Source: an uncultured Thermoplasmata archaeon (GTDB taxonomy: Archaea > Thermoplasmatota > Thermoplasmata > UBA10834). From it: 64,000 bases of DNA. This document shows positions 1-9,983 of this stretch, piece after piece. Both the position numbers and the translations under genes were made by a program. Numbering within the stretch: the stretch's first letter is position 1; every line of letters begins with the position of its first letter. The notes below the pieces were generated by a model. The model searched no databases, was not told the origin of the DNA, and was given only the letters and a program-made list of their open reading frames with translations. The stretch is taken from assembly GCA_963748615.1 (NCBI GenBank), contig CAVVJQ010000002.1, positions 17,718 through 81,717 on the forward strand. Reading direction: 5' to 3'.

Positions 1-93
1 AGTGACATACTCCTTCGTCACGCCTTCCAGCCTTACGAGATTATCATCGTGTCCAGCTGCGGTCGTAATCGTAGTATCCTCTCCGTCGTTCAT
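1..93 (-). CDS. partial CDS (first 31 codons, runs off the left edge); possible ABC-type ATPase N-terminus
   Basis: The reverse-strand ATG at 93..91 opens MNDGEDTTITTAAGHDDNLVRLEGVTKEYVT. The L.L.GVTK.Y pattern resembles the first strand of ABC ATPases. It is too short to be sure and is absent from the ORF track because it is truncated. Confidence 0.3.
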   Translation of the reverse strand, partial: MNDGEDTTITTAAGHDDNLVRLEGVTKEYVT

Positions 94-284
94 CCCGAAG
101 GATTGGAGACTCTAAGAATCTTAGGGATGTTCAGGGTTGTTGCCGTTCATGTGGAGTCGCATATGGGGCAGGAGGATGCCGTCATGATCGGATCCATGTT
201 CCTCACCCAACATTTATTACTCCAGAGCCTCGATGACTGTATGTTCTCAGAAGACGGGCAGTCAGTATATGGGAGAATGACAGA

Positions 285-1232
285 ATGGATTACTTCATAA
301 CGGGCGGAGCCGGGTTCATAGGTAGCGCGGTCGTGGACAAGTTCGCGCCAAGGAACAGGGTGACCGTATACGATAACCTCAGCAGCGGAAGGGAGGAGTT
401 CATAAGCCATCACAAGGGCAGGAAAGGCTTCAAGTTCGTCAAGGCGGACCTGCTGGATATCGAGATGCTGATCAAGCACATGAAGGGCCACGACACCGTC
501 TGGCACATGGCGGCGAACCCAGACATACGCAAGGGCACCGAATCCACGATGCTCGACCTCGAGCAGAACACCCTCGCCACCTTCAACGTGCTCGAGTGCG
601 CCCGAAGGGCGGATGTGAAGAGCGTCGTGTTCTCGTCGACATCCACGGTATACGGCAGGGCGAAGAAGGTCCCGACTAATGAGGACTACGGACCACTCAT
701 GCCCATCTCGCTCTACGGCGCGTCCAAGCTCGCGTGCGAGGCGCTGGTGTCAGCGTACGCCGAACTCTATGGCATCAGAGGATACATCTACAGGTTCGCG
801 AACATCATAGGACACAGGAGCACGCACGGCATACTGTTCGACCTCGTACAGAAGCTCAACCGCGACCCGACCCAGCTGGAAGTGCTCGGGGACGGCAACC
901 AAAGGAAGTCGTACCTGCTTGTGAACGAATGCGTCGACGGCATGGTCTACGGTTTCAAGAACTCGAAGGACAAGGTGAACTACTTCAACCTTGGATCACA
1001 GGACCAGATATCCGTCAAGAAGATCGTCAAGGTGCTCGTCGATGAGACCAAGCTGAAGGGCGTGAAGCTCAACTACACCGGGGGCGAGAGCGGCTGGAAA
1101 GGGGATGTGCCCAGGTTCCTGCTCGATACGAAGAAGATGTCGAAGCTGGGCTGGAAGCCGAGGCACAACAGCGAGGAGGCCATCCGCAAAGCCGCGAAGA
1201 TCGTCGTCGATGAATATCTGAAAGTATGCTAG
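285..1232 (+). CDS. NAD-dependent nucleotide-sugar epimerase/dehydratase (UDP-glucose 4-epimerase family, extended SDR)
   Basis: 315-aa ORF. Rossmann motif ITGGAGFIGS near the N-terminus, catalytic YxxxK in SLYGASKLACE, and typical SDR length. It is followed directly by wecB. Confidence 0.85.
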   Translation: MDYFITGGAGFIGSAVVDKFAPRNRVTVYDNLSSGREEFISHHKGRKGFKFVKADLLDIEMLIKHMKGHDTVWHMAANPDIRKGTESTMLDLEQNTLATFNVLECARRADVKSVVFSSTSTVYGRAKKVPTNEDYGPLMPISLYGASKLACEALVSAYAELYGIRGYIYRFANIIGHRSTHGILFDLVQKLNRDPTQLEVLGDGNQRKSYLLVNECVDGMVYGFKNSKDKVNYFNLGSQDQISVKKIVKVLVDETKLKGVKLNYTGGESGWKGDVPRFLLDTKKMSKLGWKPRHNSEEAIRKAAKIVVDEYLKVC

Positions 1233-1278
1233 CGGAACATATCAAGGAGGAAGTGCTCTGAAGCCAGTCAGGATAGTC

Positions 1279-2349
1279 GTGGGGACGAGACCTCAGGTGA
1301 TAAAGCTCGCGTCGCTCGTCAAGGCGTTCGACGCGAAACGCATCGAGTACTCCATCGTCCACACTGGACAGCATTACGACTTCGACATGGACGAGATATT
1401 CTTCAAAGAGCTCGGACTCCCGAAGCCTGATGCGCACCTTGGGATAGGCAGCGGTTCGCAGGGAGTGCAGACGGGCAACATGCTCGTCAAGTTGGATGAG
1501 GCGCTCGAGGGTGCGAAGCTCGTGATCGTCCCCGGGGATACGAACAGTGCGCTTGCGGGCGCGCTCGCGGCAGTGAAGAAGGGCATACCTGTCGGTCATG
1601 TGGAAGCTGGATTGAGGAGTTGGCTCGAGTACATGCCGGAGGAGATCAACCGGGTGCTCGTGGACCACATGTCCCATCTGCTGTTCGCGCCCACAAAAGT
1701 GGGTTACGATAATCTGATCAGAGAGGGCATCCCCAGGAAGAAGGTCTTCAGGACCGGGGATGTCATGGCGGACAACATCGCGATGCTGAAGGGCAGGATA
1801 TCGAAGACTCCGCTGCCAGTCGATGTCGGCCGGAAGGGATTCGCATATGTCACGACACATAGGGCCGAGAACGTCGACGACCCGAAGAACCTCAGGACCG
1901 TAGTCGACATACTATCACGATTCCCCAAGAAGCATGGACTCGAGATCGTCTTCCCCGTGCACCCTAGGACGGAAAAGAGGTTGGAGGACCTAGGACTCGC
2001 GGAAGGGCTTCGAAACGCCGAGGGGGTTCACATGATCAAACCTGTGAGCTATCTCACTAGCCTCCGCATGACGAAGGATGCTCGGATCGTGCTCACCGAC
2101 AGCGGCGGACTGCAGAAGGAGGCCTTCATACTGGGCACTCCGGCCGTAACCCTGAGGTCTGTTACAGAATGGGTAGAGTCCGTAAATACTGCCTGGAACA
2201 TGATAACCGGACTTGACGCCAAAAAGGTAGATAGAGCGGTCAAGAGATTCCTCACTTCTGAGCCGAAGAGGATCGACCCGATGAAGTTCTACGGAGAGGG
2301 CAAGGCATCCAAGAACATCGCGGGGATCGTCGCGGAGAATCTGGAATAA
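1279..2349 (+). CDS. wecB: UDP-N-acetylglucosamine 2-epimerase (non-hydrolysing)
   Basis: Motifs GTRPQVIKL, HVEAGLRS and LTDSGGLQKEA are classic WecB/MnaA signatures. The GTG start at 1279 is uncertain: the frame is open from 1222 and family N-termini usually include the upstream residues KPVRIVV. Confidence 0.9.
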   Translation: MGTRPQVIKLASLVKAFDAKRIEYSIVHTGQHYDFDMDEIFFKELGLPKPDAHLGIGSGSQGVQTGNMLVKLDEALEGAKLVIVPGDTNSALAGALAAVKKGIPVGHVEAGLRSWLEYMPEEINRVLVDHMSHLLFAPTKVGYDNLIREGIPRKKVFRTGDVMADNIAMLKGRISKTPLPVDVGRKGFAYVTTHRAENVDDPKNLRTVVDILSRFPKKHGLEIVFPVHPRTEKRLEDLGLAEGLRNAEGVHMIKPVSYLTSLRMTKDARIVLTDSGGLQKEAFILGTPAVTLRSVTEWVESVNTAWNMITGLDAKKVDRAVKRFLTSEPKRIDPMKFYGEGKASKNIAGIVAENLE

Positions 2350-2351
2350 TA

Positions 2352-3518
2352 TCATCGCAGCGCGGAATCGTAGACGAGCTTGATCTGCCGGGTTATCTCA
2401 GACCAATCATATCGTTTGGCGTGCTCCAGGATCAGCTCCTTGTTCCAGCTCTTCGATACCGCAGCCGAGATATTCGCAGCGAGTGCATCGACATCCATCG
2501 GCTCCGACAGAAGGCCGAGGTCTTCCGAGTCTATCACTTCCGGGATACCGCCTACGCCTGACCCCACGAACGGCTTCCCGCACGCGAGCGCTTCGAACAT
2601 CACTGTCGGGTTTCCTTCAGAGAGGCTCGCGAGAGTGAAGACATCACAAGCATTCATCCAGCAGGCGATATCGCCGTGTGGCTTGCCGCCGACCATGAGG
2701 ACCGTGTCCGATAGGCCAGAATCCTCGATCTGCTTGTGCAGGACATTATTCAATTTCCCTCCGCCGACGATGACGCATATCACTGATTTGTCCTTCTCGG
2801 CGATCTTCTTCATCGCGGCTATCAGATACTTCTGCCCCTTGACCCCGACCAGGTTGCCCACGTTCATGACGATCTTCTTATCGAGTGGAAGGTCCAGGGA
2901 TCTGCGGCATTCGGCCTGGTCCATTGGATGGAACTTGCCGCCATCGAAACCGTTCGGGATGTGATGCACCTTCTGTATCGGAACGCCCATCGATGCGAAT
3001 CGCTCTATGTCTCCACCTCTGACCCTGATGATCGCGTCCGCCATATCCCATGCGTCCTTGAAGACCGGGTCCTTCTCATCCATCGCACGTTTGATCGCGA
3101 CGGATGTGTGCTCGGTCACTATCAACGGGACCTTGTGTTTCCTCTTCAGGGCTGCGCCCACCGTTCCGGACGCCCATGTATAGTGCGCGTGTATGAGGTC
3201 GAACTTGATGCCTCGCTTACGTATGAATCGATCGACCGCACGATACTGCATGAATATCCAGACCTTGCGGCCGTAACGGTAGAAGAACGGCACGTTCAGG
3301 TACTTGAGGAAATGAACATCCACATTGCCATATGAATAATCCTTGTGGACAAATCCACGGATCGTGCCCGTGATGAACATCGAGGGGGAGATCACGGTGA
3401 CCCGATCGAAATCCTGCGCGAGGTACCTCAGCTGTTCCTTGACGAATATGCCACCGATCGAGCGGCTCCCTTCGTCAGGGAAGTTGTTGGTGATCACCAG
3501 AAGATTCCTAGGTGTCAT
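2352..3518 (-). CDS. glycosyltransferase, GT4 family (GT-B fold)
   Basis: 388-aa ORF with the C-terminal E-x7-E type motif region EGNPTVMFEALACGKPFVGSGVGGIPEVI. The N-terminal half is typical of Glyco_trans_4. Confidence 0.85.
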   Translation of the reverse strand: MTPRNLLVITNNFPDEGSRSIGGIFVKEQLRYLAQDFDRVTVISPSMFITGTIRGFVHKDYSYGNVDVHFLKYLNVPFFYRYGRKVWIFMQYRAVDRFIRKRGIKFDLIHAHYTWASGTVGAALKRKHKVPLIVTEHTSVAIKRAMDEKDPVFKDAWDMADAIIRVRGGDIERFASMGVPIQKVHHIPNGFDGGKFHPMDQAECRRSLDLPLDKKIVMNVGNLVGVKGQKYLIAAMKKIAEKDKSVICVIVGGGKLNNVLHKQIEDSGLSDTVLMVGGKPHGDIACWMNACDVFTLASLSEGNPTVMFEALACGKPFVGSGVGGIPEVIDSEDLGLLSEPMDVDALAANISAAVSKSWNKELILEHAKRYDWSEITRQIKLVYDSALR

Positions 3519-4012
3519 GGTACAATCTCACTAATGACGAACCTGCACTTGCCGGCCTTGGTCCGGTCGATGCTGGTAGTTATGTCGAAATCCACATTCC
3601 ATGCAGGGCGGGGCTTCGCGATCGATGCCCTCACATTCTCCAGTTCCCGCTTGTCAGAGTCGGGTTCTGGCACCGTCTTGATCGTCAGATGGTCCTTCGT
3701 ATCCTGTACGACCTGGGATTCCATCACATTGCGGACTTCCCGGAATATGTGCGTGAAGGATCCTCCGTGTAGCGCCATGCCCTCCGACGTGATGGGCAGC
3801 TCCTGATCTCGGCCCTTGATCTCCTTGAGCGAAGCATATCCCTTCCACTGGTCCCCCATCAACCTGCGATACTCTCGCAAGAATCCTGGATATGCGAGTT
3901 CATAGACCGCCCTGAACAATAACCGTTTCAAGCTCCGCCACCGTCCCCAGACCCCGAAGGGACTGGATTGTATCTGCAAACTATCTAAAGTACCTGCCTG
4001 TCTGGCAGTCAC
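3515..4012 (-). CDS. hypothetical protein, apparently translationally coupled to the downstream GT4 gene
   Basis: 165-aa ORF whose stop overlaps the GT4 start (ATGA overlap at 3515-3518). No motif recognised. The true start may be the internal Met (MGDQWKGY) near 3856. Confidence 0.4.
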   Translation of the reverse strand: MTARQAGTLDSLQIQSSPFGVWGRWRSLKRLLFRAVYELAYPGFLREYRRLMGDQWKGYASLKEIKGRDQELPITSEGMALHGGSFTHIFREVRNVMESQVVQDTKDHLTIKTVPEPDSDKRELENVRASIAKPRPAWNVDFDITTSIDRTKAGKCRFVISEIVP

Positions 4013-4019
4013 GATCTGA

Positions 4020-5501
4020 CTAAGCTTCCCCTTCGGCCGGGATGGTCTCCCTGTGTCTGAGGAGCAGTGTCAGGAACAAGCCCACGGCCAAGAATACCGA
4101 GCTCATCAGGAATATGATCTGATATGCGTTGTCGTCCGGGATCGAAGTCATCGTGGCTGGGTTGAACACCGAATGATTGGATATGATGACCGCTGCGACC
4201 GCTGGACCAACCACCGACCCTGCGGTCCTGATGATCATGTTCATGCCCGTCGATATGCCCGTCTCCTCCTTGGGCGTGCACACGATGATTATGTTTATGC
4301 TGCTGACCATCGCGAACGCCAACCCTGAACCCATGATCGCTATCCCGATCATCACTTCCGTCTGGGTCGAGTGCCAGTTGTACATGGCCAGGAAGCCGAT
4401 TATGCCGATGATCATCCCGAGCAGCAGAGGCCGCTTGGGACCGAGCTTCTTCACCAGGAACCCTGCGCTGGGTCCGAGCACCAACATGACACCAGACATG
4501 GGCAGATTCAGCAACCCGATCTCCATGGCGCCCAATCCGAAGTTGAAACCCGCGAGCGCGGCGATCGTCTGGGATACCGTGAACATAGCGAACCCGATGA
4601 GGAATGCGATGACGTTCGTGAGAGCGATCTCCCTCTGAGCCATCAACGACGGACGGACCAAGGGCTCCTTTGCCTTTGTCTGCCAGAATATGAACATGAA
4701 CAGCAGCATGACCGATGAAGCAAGCAGGGAGATCACGATGGGGTCTGTCCAGCCGCGGTTGCTCGTCTCCGTCATCCCCACCAGGAAGGTGACCAGAGTG
4801 GCCCCGAGAAGCGAAGCGCCGATGTAATCGACCTTGCCTTTGTACCTTACCGGCGACTCCCTTATCTTGAACGCGACCAGGATCGTGGATATGCCGATGA
4901 ACGGAACCACGGTGTGATATGTCCATGCCCATCCTAGCGCGTCTGTGACATAGCCGCCGACTACGAAACCAATCGCGGCCCCCACCCCGAACATGGCGGA
5001 TATGACTCCCTGGGCCACTGCGATCCGGTCCTTGGGGAACTCGTCCCTTATGATCGAGAAGGCCAGAGGGAACATGCACATGCCCAGTCCCTGGAACGCC
5101 CTGAAGGCGATCATGACGTATATCGAGTCTGAGAGGTCGCGCGAGAAACCCGTCAATGTCACGGCGACCGTATACAACGACATCGCGATGACGAGCATCT
5201 TCTTCTTGCCGTAGATGTCGCCCAGTTTGCCGAACACGGGGATCGATACCGCCCCGACGACGAGGTAGATCGTGATGATCCATGATGCGAGGGAATAGTC
5301 CTGAGGCGTCAGCCCGAAATCATTCATCACCATTGGCAGCGATGGGAATGCCATCGCCTCGACGTACATGACCATGATAGCTATCGATGCGAGGAGTATG
5401 AGTATGAAGGTCGGATTCGTGATGGTCCGATCGTTGCCATTGTTCAGCGGTTTCATCAGTGCACTGTCCGAAACACAATTGGTGCTGTGTTGTTCCGCCA
5501 T
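4020..5501 (-). CDS. MFS transporter, DHA2/EmrB-like (about 14 TM segments)
   Basis: Long hydrophobic ORF with MFS motif A-like FGKLGDIYGKKKMLV. The ORF track extends to 5567. I prefer the ATG at 5501 (MAEQHS), with 5456 (MKPLNNG) as an alternative. Confidence 0.8.
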   Translation of the reverse strand: MAEQHSTNCVSDSALMKPLNNGNDRTITNPTFILILLASIAIMVMYVEAMAFPSLPMVMNDFGLTPQDYSLASWIITIYLVVGAVSIPVFGKLGDIYGKKKMLVIAMSLYTVAVTLTGFSRDLSDSIYVMIAFRAFQGLGMCMFPLAFSIIRDEFPKDRIAVAQGVISAMFGVGAAIGFVVGGYVTDALGWAWTYHTVVPFIGISTILVAFKIRESPVRYKGKVDYIGASLLGATLVTFLVGMTETSNRGWTDPIVISLLASSVMLLFMFIFWQTKAKEPLVRPSLMAQREIALTNVIAFLIGFAMFTVSQTIAALAGFNFGLGAMEIGLLNLPMSGVMLVLGPSAGFLVKKLGPKRPLLLGMIIGIIGFLAMYNWHSTQTEVMIGIAIMGSGLAFAMVSSINIIIVCTPKEETGISTGMNMIIRTAGSVVGPAVAAVIISNHSVFNPATMTSIPDDNAYQIIFLMSSVFLAVGLFLTLLLRHRETIPAEGEA

Positions 5502-5686
5502 GAAAATGTCTCGGTACTTAAAACGTGAGACGTCTTCAATCGGCGAAGATGGCGCGGATCGGCGCAAGGGAGGGTCGCGTCAGGACGAATGGGTGCACCA
5601 CGCATCCAGCAGGGTTTGTTGTCTCCGCGCAGATTTCCAGAATTGCTGGCCATTGCATAGAATTGGTTACCTGCACGCGCAAACTT

Positions 5687-5693
5687 GATATAC
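5687..5693 (+). promoter_or_regulatory. TATA-like box upstream of the Fic gene
   Basis: gatatac (within cttgatatact) is centred ~29 nt upstream of ATG 5719. Confidence 0.4.
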
Positions 5694-5718
5694 TGTCGAG
5701 AGATTGTTATATCATATT

Positions 5719-6855
5719 ATGACAATCGAATATCACAATTTCAAGGGTTTCGTGCCCAAAGGGTATCCTGTGCGCCACAAACGGAAGGTTCCTTTTGACC
5801 CGGACATCAGGGTTCCCAGAGAATATGCGAAGAGAGTACATAGGATCAAGGAGCTCGATTTCGAGCTGGACCGTTTCATCCTCACGGACAAGGATTACGC
5901 TGACCTCGCCATGGATGCGTACATCTCCAATGTCCATTGGACGACCAAGGTGGAGGGGAACCCTTTGCACGAAGATGAGGTCAGGAAGATCACTCTTTCC
6001 ACCTTCGGGAAGGGGACCGACTCGATGGAGCTCCCAGCTGGACCAAAACAGGAGATCATCAACCACCTGACACGTCTCATCTCACCAGGTGAGATCGGTG
6101 ACCCATGGGACCATACATTGATCCAGACCATCCACGACTTCCTTCTGAAGGATACTGGAGCGAGATTCAGGAAGAGGTCGTACAGGAAGAACCACGCCTC
6201 TGTCTGCGATTCAACCGGCGAGGAGACCTTCATCACATGCCCTCCAGGCTCGATTGAAGAAGAGATGGAATCACTTCTCAAATGGATGAATGAATCAGCC
6301 GCTGCCTATGACTCCATCGTCTCCGCAACGGTGTTCTTCCACGAATTCGAGAGCATACATCCTTTTGCGGATGGGAACGGGCGTACGGGGCGTTGTCTGT
6401 TCCACCTGTTCCTTCAGAACGCAGGTCTGCCCAACTCGCATCTCTGCAAGATCGAGAAGCAACTGCTGTCGGATGAGGAACTATACTACCAACTCCTGGC
6501 ATACACTGACGACTCACGATCATACGAGGTTCTCATCGACTTTGTATCAGATGCCATCCTCAAGAGCTATCTGGATGCGCATAAGAACCTGTCCGAGAAG
6601 GACCTCCTCAGTTCTGACCTGGATGAGGTGTCCAAGAGGCTTCTTAAGGTAGCGAAGCGAAGGGACGAATGGTTCTCCGTCTCTGAAGCGGTGAAATGGG
6701 TCAGCAACACAGGCGCTCAGACGGTCAGGAACAAGTTGAACCATCTCGTGGAAATCGGCGCGCTCGAGAAGGTGGGTCGCACGCAATCGTGCAGGTACCA
6801 CATCAGGAACTCACTGGACGATGTCAGAAGACTCCTGAGCGAGGATGGCTTTTGA
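5719..6855 (+). CDS. Fic-domain protein (class II, with N-terminal inhibitory helix) and a C-terminal winged-helix-like region
   Basis: Canonical Fic motif HPFADGNGRTGR. An upstream (S/T)xxxE(G/N) inhibitory motif occurs in WTTKVEGNPL. The ORF track starts at TTG 5704. ATG 5719 sits about 29 nt downstream of a TATA-like box, consistent with a leaderless transcript. Confidence 0.85.
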   Translation: MTIEYHNFKGFVPKGYPVRHKRKVPFDPDIRVPREYAKRVHRIKELDFELDRFILTDKDYADLAMDAYISNVHWTTKVEGNPLHEDEVRKITLSTFGKGTDSMELPAGPKQEIINHLTRLISPGEIGDPWDHTLIQTIHDFLLKDTGARFRKRSYRKNHASVCDSTGEETFITCPPGSIEEEMESLLKWMNESAAAYDSIVSATVFFHEFESIHPFADGNGRTGRCLFHLFLQNAGLPNSHLCKIEKQLLSDEELYYQLLAYTDDSRSYEVLIDFVSDAILKSYLDAHKNLSEKDLLSSDLDEVSKRLLKVAKRRDEWFSVSEAVKWVSNTGAQTVRNKLNHLVEIGALEKVGRTQSCRYHIRNSLDDVRRLLSEDGF

Positions 6856-7089
6856 CTTGAAGACAAAGACGATGAAGATTAGGACCGCCACGCATCGTCC
6901 ACATTCCCGATTCCGGACCCAATGGCATGATCGATGGGACAATCCTTTTTGTAGGAGTTAGGCATACAGTCAGGAAACCACAAATTATCCGGCACCTCTG
7001 GCACTTCTGGACGCAACGAAAAGAGGCGGACCGCATAAACTGTGGAATAGACAATGAAGAGCTGAAAACAGAAAAGGGAGGCGAGAAAC

Positions 7090-8538
7090 ATGGAGGGTAT
7101 CAAGTGTGGACCCAAGCTGAAGGTCCTGACGGAAGGACAGGTCGATGCGATTCACGAGGCTACGCTGAAGATTCTTGAGAAGACCGGCGTTAGGTTCGAT
7201 AGCGAGAATGCTCTCAACCGCCTCATCGCTGCTGGAGCTGCCAAGCATCCGACGAGGAAGAACGTGCTCACATTCTCGAGGAGCATGGTCGAGGAATCCA
7301 TCAAGAAGATCACGCCGTATGGAACATACTTCGCAAGGGATCCAAAGAACGATGTGAAGTTCGACGGAGAGACCACTTTCGCTCATTCCCTTGGTGGCAA
7401 CCCGTTGATGAAGGACATCGATACGGGTGAACCGAAGATGGCCACCCTGAAGGACGTCGAGGACGCGACGAAGCTCATGGATGCGCTCCCCAACTGTCAC
7501 ACGATATCCAACCTGGTGGTCGCCACGGACGTCCCACCGGAGATCCTCCCCCTCAAGACGATGGAGGCCATGATCAAGAACACCAGCAAGTGCGTCTCCG
7601 GATACGCGCTCAACATACCGACGGTCGATGCGATGGTCAAGATGTGGACCGCGGTCGCCGGCGGGATTGACGAACTGATGAAGAGGCCTCTGTTCTCAGT
7701 GTACGGTTCCCCGAGCAGCCCGCTCACATGGGACGCGCACGCTGCAGACGTCATGCTGAAGGGAGCGGAATACAAATCATTCGTCGACATAGTGCCATGC
7801 CCTATCTGCGGAGGCACGGCACCAGTCACGCTCAGCGGCGGGCTCGCACAGCAGAATGCGGAGCTGCTCTCAGGAGTCATGCTCGTACAAACCGTGAGCA
7901 CGAAGATCCCGATGCAGTACTCCGGCAGATTGAGCATGCTCGACCTCCGGACGGGCAAGAACATCTGGGGAGTACCAGAGATGGCTCTGGTATCCGCTGC
8001 GACGGTCCAGATCGCTCACAAGTACAAGATGATCGCCGATGTGTACGGCGTCACAACGGACGCGAACGACTGGGGCATGCAGGTCGGACTGGAGAGGATG
8101 ATGAGCGGGATGTTGCCAGCCATGGCCGGCGCCGATAATCTGTCCGGCATCGGCGGAGCATGGGACAACGCCGCGAGCTACGAGATGCTCGTCATTGACA
8201 ACGAGATCTACGCTGATATCTTCCAGATGATGCGAGGAATTTCAGTGGACGACAACAAGCTCGCACTGGACATCATAGACAAGGTCGGTCCGATGGGCAA
8301 CTACCTCGCGCAGATGCACACGATGAAGAACATGAAGGACATCCGCATATCGTCGCTGTACGATAAGCGCCCCGCGGACAAAGCGAGGAAGGACGGCATA
8401 CGCCCATTGCACGAACTCGCGAGGGAGCAGGCCAAGAAGATCCTGAAGGAGCACCAGCCAACACAGCTGGACAAGGACCAGCTCAGGGAGCTGGAGAAGG
8501 TCGTGAAGGAGTCCGAGAAGATACTGATGAGGAAGTGA
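7090..8538 (+). CDS. MttB-superfamily methyltransferase (trimethylamine methyltransferase family) with no in-frame amber codon; non-pyrrolysine member
   Basis: 482-aa uninterrupted ORF. The N-terminus LTEGQVDAIHEATLKILEKTGVRF and the overall length are typical of the MttB family. A GGGAGG Shine-Dalgarno-like element lies upstream. No corrinoid protein gene is adjacent. Confidence 0.8.
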   Translation: MEGIKCGPKLKVLTEGQVDAIHEATLKILEKTGVRFDSENALNRLIAAGAAKHPTRKNVLTFSRSMVEESIKKITPYGTYFARDPKNDVKFDGETTFAHSLGGNPLMKDIDTGEPKMATLKDVEDATKLMDALPNCHTISNLVVATDVPPEILPLKTMEAMIKNTSKCVSGYALNIPTVDAMVKMWTAVAGGIDELMKRPLFSVYGSPSSPLTWDAHAADVMLKGAEYKSFVDIVPCPICGGTAPVTLSGGLAQQNAELLSGVMLVQTVSTKIPMQYSGRLSMLDLRTGKNIWGVPEMALVSAATVQIAHKYKMIADVYGVTTDANDWGMQVGLERMMSGMLPAMAGADNLSGIGGAWDNAASYEMLVIDNEIYADIFQMMRGISVDDNKLALDIIDKVGPMGNYLAQMHTMKNMKDIRISSLYDKRPADKARKDGIRPLHELAREQAKKILKEHQPTQLDKDQLRELEKVVKESEKILMRK

Positions 8539-8545
8539 ACCATCC

Positions 8546-8624
8546 CTCACCGGTATCCCTGCAAACCCGTTCAAAAACCCTTACTTCGTTTTCATCTTTC
8601 GAACGAACAGGTACCCCGCTGCGC
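8546..8624. repeat. direct repeat copy 1 (3' end plus 3' flank of the SBP5/Ig paralogues)
   Basis: About 79 nt, ctcaccggtatccctgcaaacccgttcaaaaacccttacttcgttttcatctttcgaacgaacaggtaccccgctgcgc. It is nearly identical (a handful of mismatches by eye) to 9984..10062. Identity is much higher than in the rest of the paralogous coding sequence. Confidence 0.8.
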
Positions 8625-9878
8625 ATATCACAGCTGCGATGGCTGCGATCAAACCAATGACCACCCAGGGACCGGCCGGGCCGTCCATCGCGAACAGGTC
8701 CGTCTCCACGGAGAAGGTCACTGTGTCCGATGCAGAGTTGCCAGCTGTATCGTATACCGTCACGGTCAACGTGTGCTCTCCATCCTCGAGTTCCTCGAGC
8801 GAAATGGTCTCCATCAAGAAGCTGCTGTTCCATTCGCCATCGTCCAGGGATGCGACCATGTGTGCAACACCGCTCGTCGCATCGGCCCAGACTACATCGA
8901 CTTCAACAGAACTCGAAGTGACTGTCGTGTCCATTTCGATCGATACGATCGGGGCTTCGGTGTCGATCTTGAGCATCGTACTCCTATTGGCCTCGACATT
9001 GTCATTGGCATCTATGGACCGATATGTTATGTTGTTGATTCCATCATAGGCCATTTCGAAAACGCCTGCGTACTCCGTCCATGCACGTGGTGGTTGGGAT
9101 TCTTGTATAAGTTCACTACTGAGCCCGAGAGATACTCGTCCAGAATATCCGGACCTGCCATGAACGGACCCGTGCCAATCATCGGTATGTCCTCATCGAA
9201 TGTACCTGTCCATGTGAATGCAACTTCGGCTGGACTCATCTCCGAGAGCTTGTGCGCAGGGAGCATGTATATCGGCAGGAAGTAGCCATACGAAACTGGG
9301 ATCGGATCGCCTGATTCGCGGTCGCTGAAGTGTATCCTTACAGAATCTGAATCGTACACTTCAGCGTAGTCCATGAAATACGAGTATGGTTGGAATGCCC
9401 ATACCGTATCGTAGTATTGCGCGTGCAGGTTCATGTTCCAAGCGACGTCTTCGGCAGTGAACGGGGTTCCATCGTGCCAGATAGCGTTCTGGGTGATATT
9501 GTACTGCCAGACCGAGCCGTATGGTTCCCCACTCAGGACCACATCTGAGTCAGTCTCCGGGACTATCCAACACTCGGTCGCGAGGTTCGGTGTGGCTTCT
9601 AGGTCATTACCTGCACCTTGCAGTGCGTCATAGACTAATCCATAGAATATGAATGATGAATCAGTAAGCCCCATCAAGGGATTCAGGCTATCGATTCGGT
9701 CGATGAACCCTATCTTGAGCACGGTCTCATCATCGGCTTGATAGGTCTTGGCGCTCATCTCATCATAGTTCTGAGGGACTATCGACAACATCAGACAAAG
9801 GCCCGCGACAAGCGCGAATGCCATTGGACATATGATCTTCATCCGAACCCACTCCAGTTTGGCGGTCTGTTCCGCCAT
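8581..9878 (-). pseudogene. decayed tandem paralogue of the 1579-aa SBP5/Ig surface protein (internal deletion plus frame break)
   Basis: ORF 9027..9878 (283 aa) has a signal/TM segment and an SBP family 5 N-terminal part, alignable to residues ~40-290 of ORF 10019..14758. ORF 8581..9054 (157 aa, different frame) matches the last Ig-like domain plus C-terminal anchor of the same protein: ITYRSIDANDNVE vs EYYSVDFSGNVE, and GPAGPWVVIG...FVRKMKTK vs GPVGPWAVIG...FVRKTKTK. The roughly 1150 residues in between are missing. Confidence 0.6.
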
Positions 9879-9983
9879 TCCCAGCTGATCGAGTATCTTG
9901 CCACTATATGAATAATGAGGTTCGATAGGCTGGTCAGTCTCCCCGTGCTCACCGTAGCTGCATCGGATAAGTGTGAGCGGTCT

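Noticed and set aside
1069-1860. 263-aa minus-strand ORF spanning the epimerase/wecB junction
   Set aside because: It is antisense to two well-supported genes and has no recognisable features.
4009-5283. 424-aa alternative-frame ORF inside the MFS transporter gene
   Set aside because: It lies on the same strand in a different frame. Its composition is extremely R/G/H/D-rich with no hydrophobic pattern. The overlapping frame encodes a textbook MFS protein.
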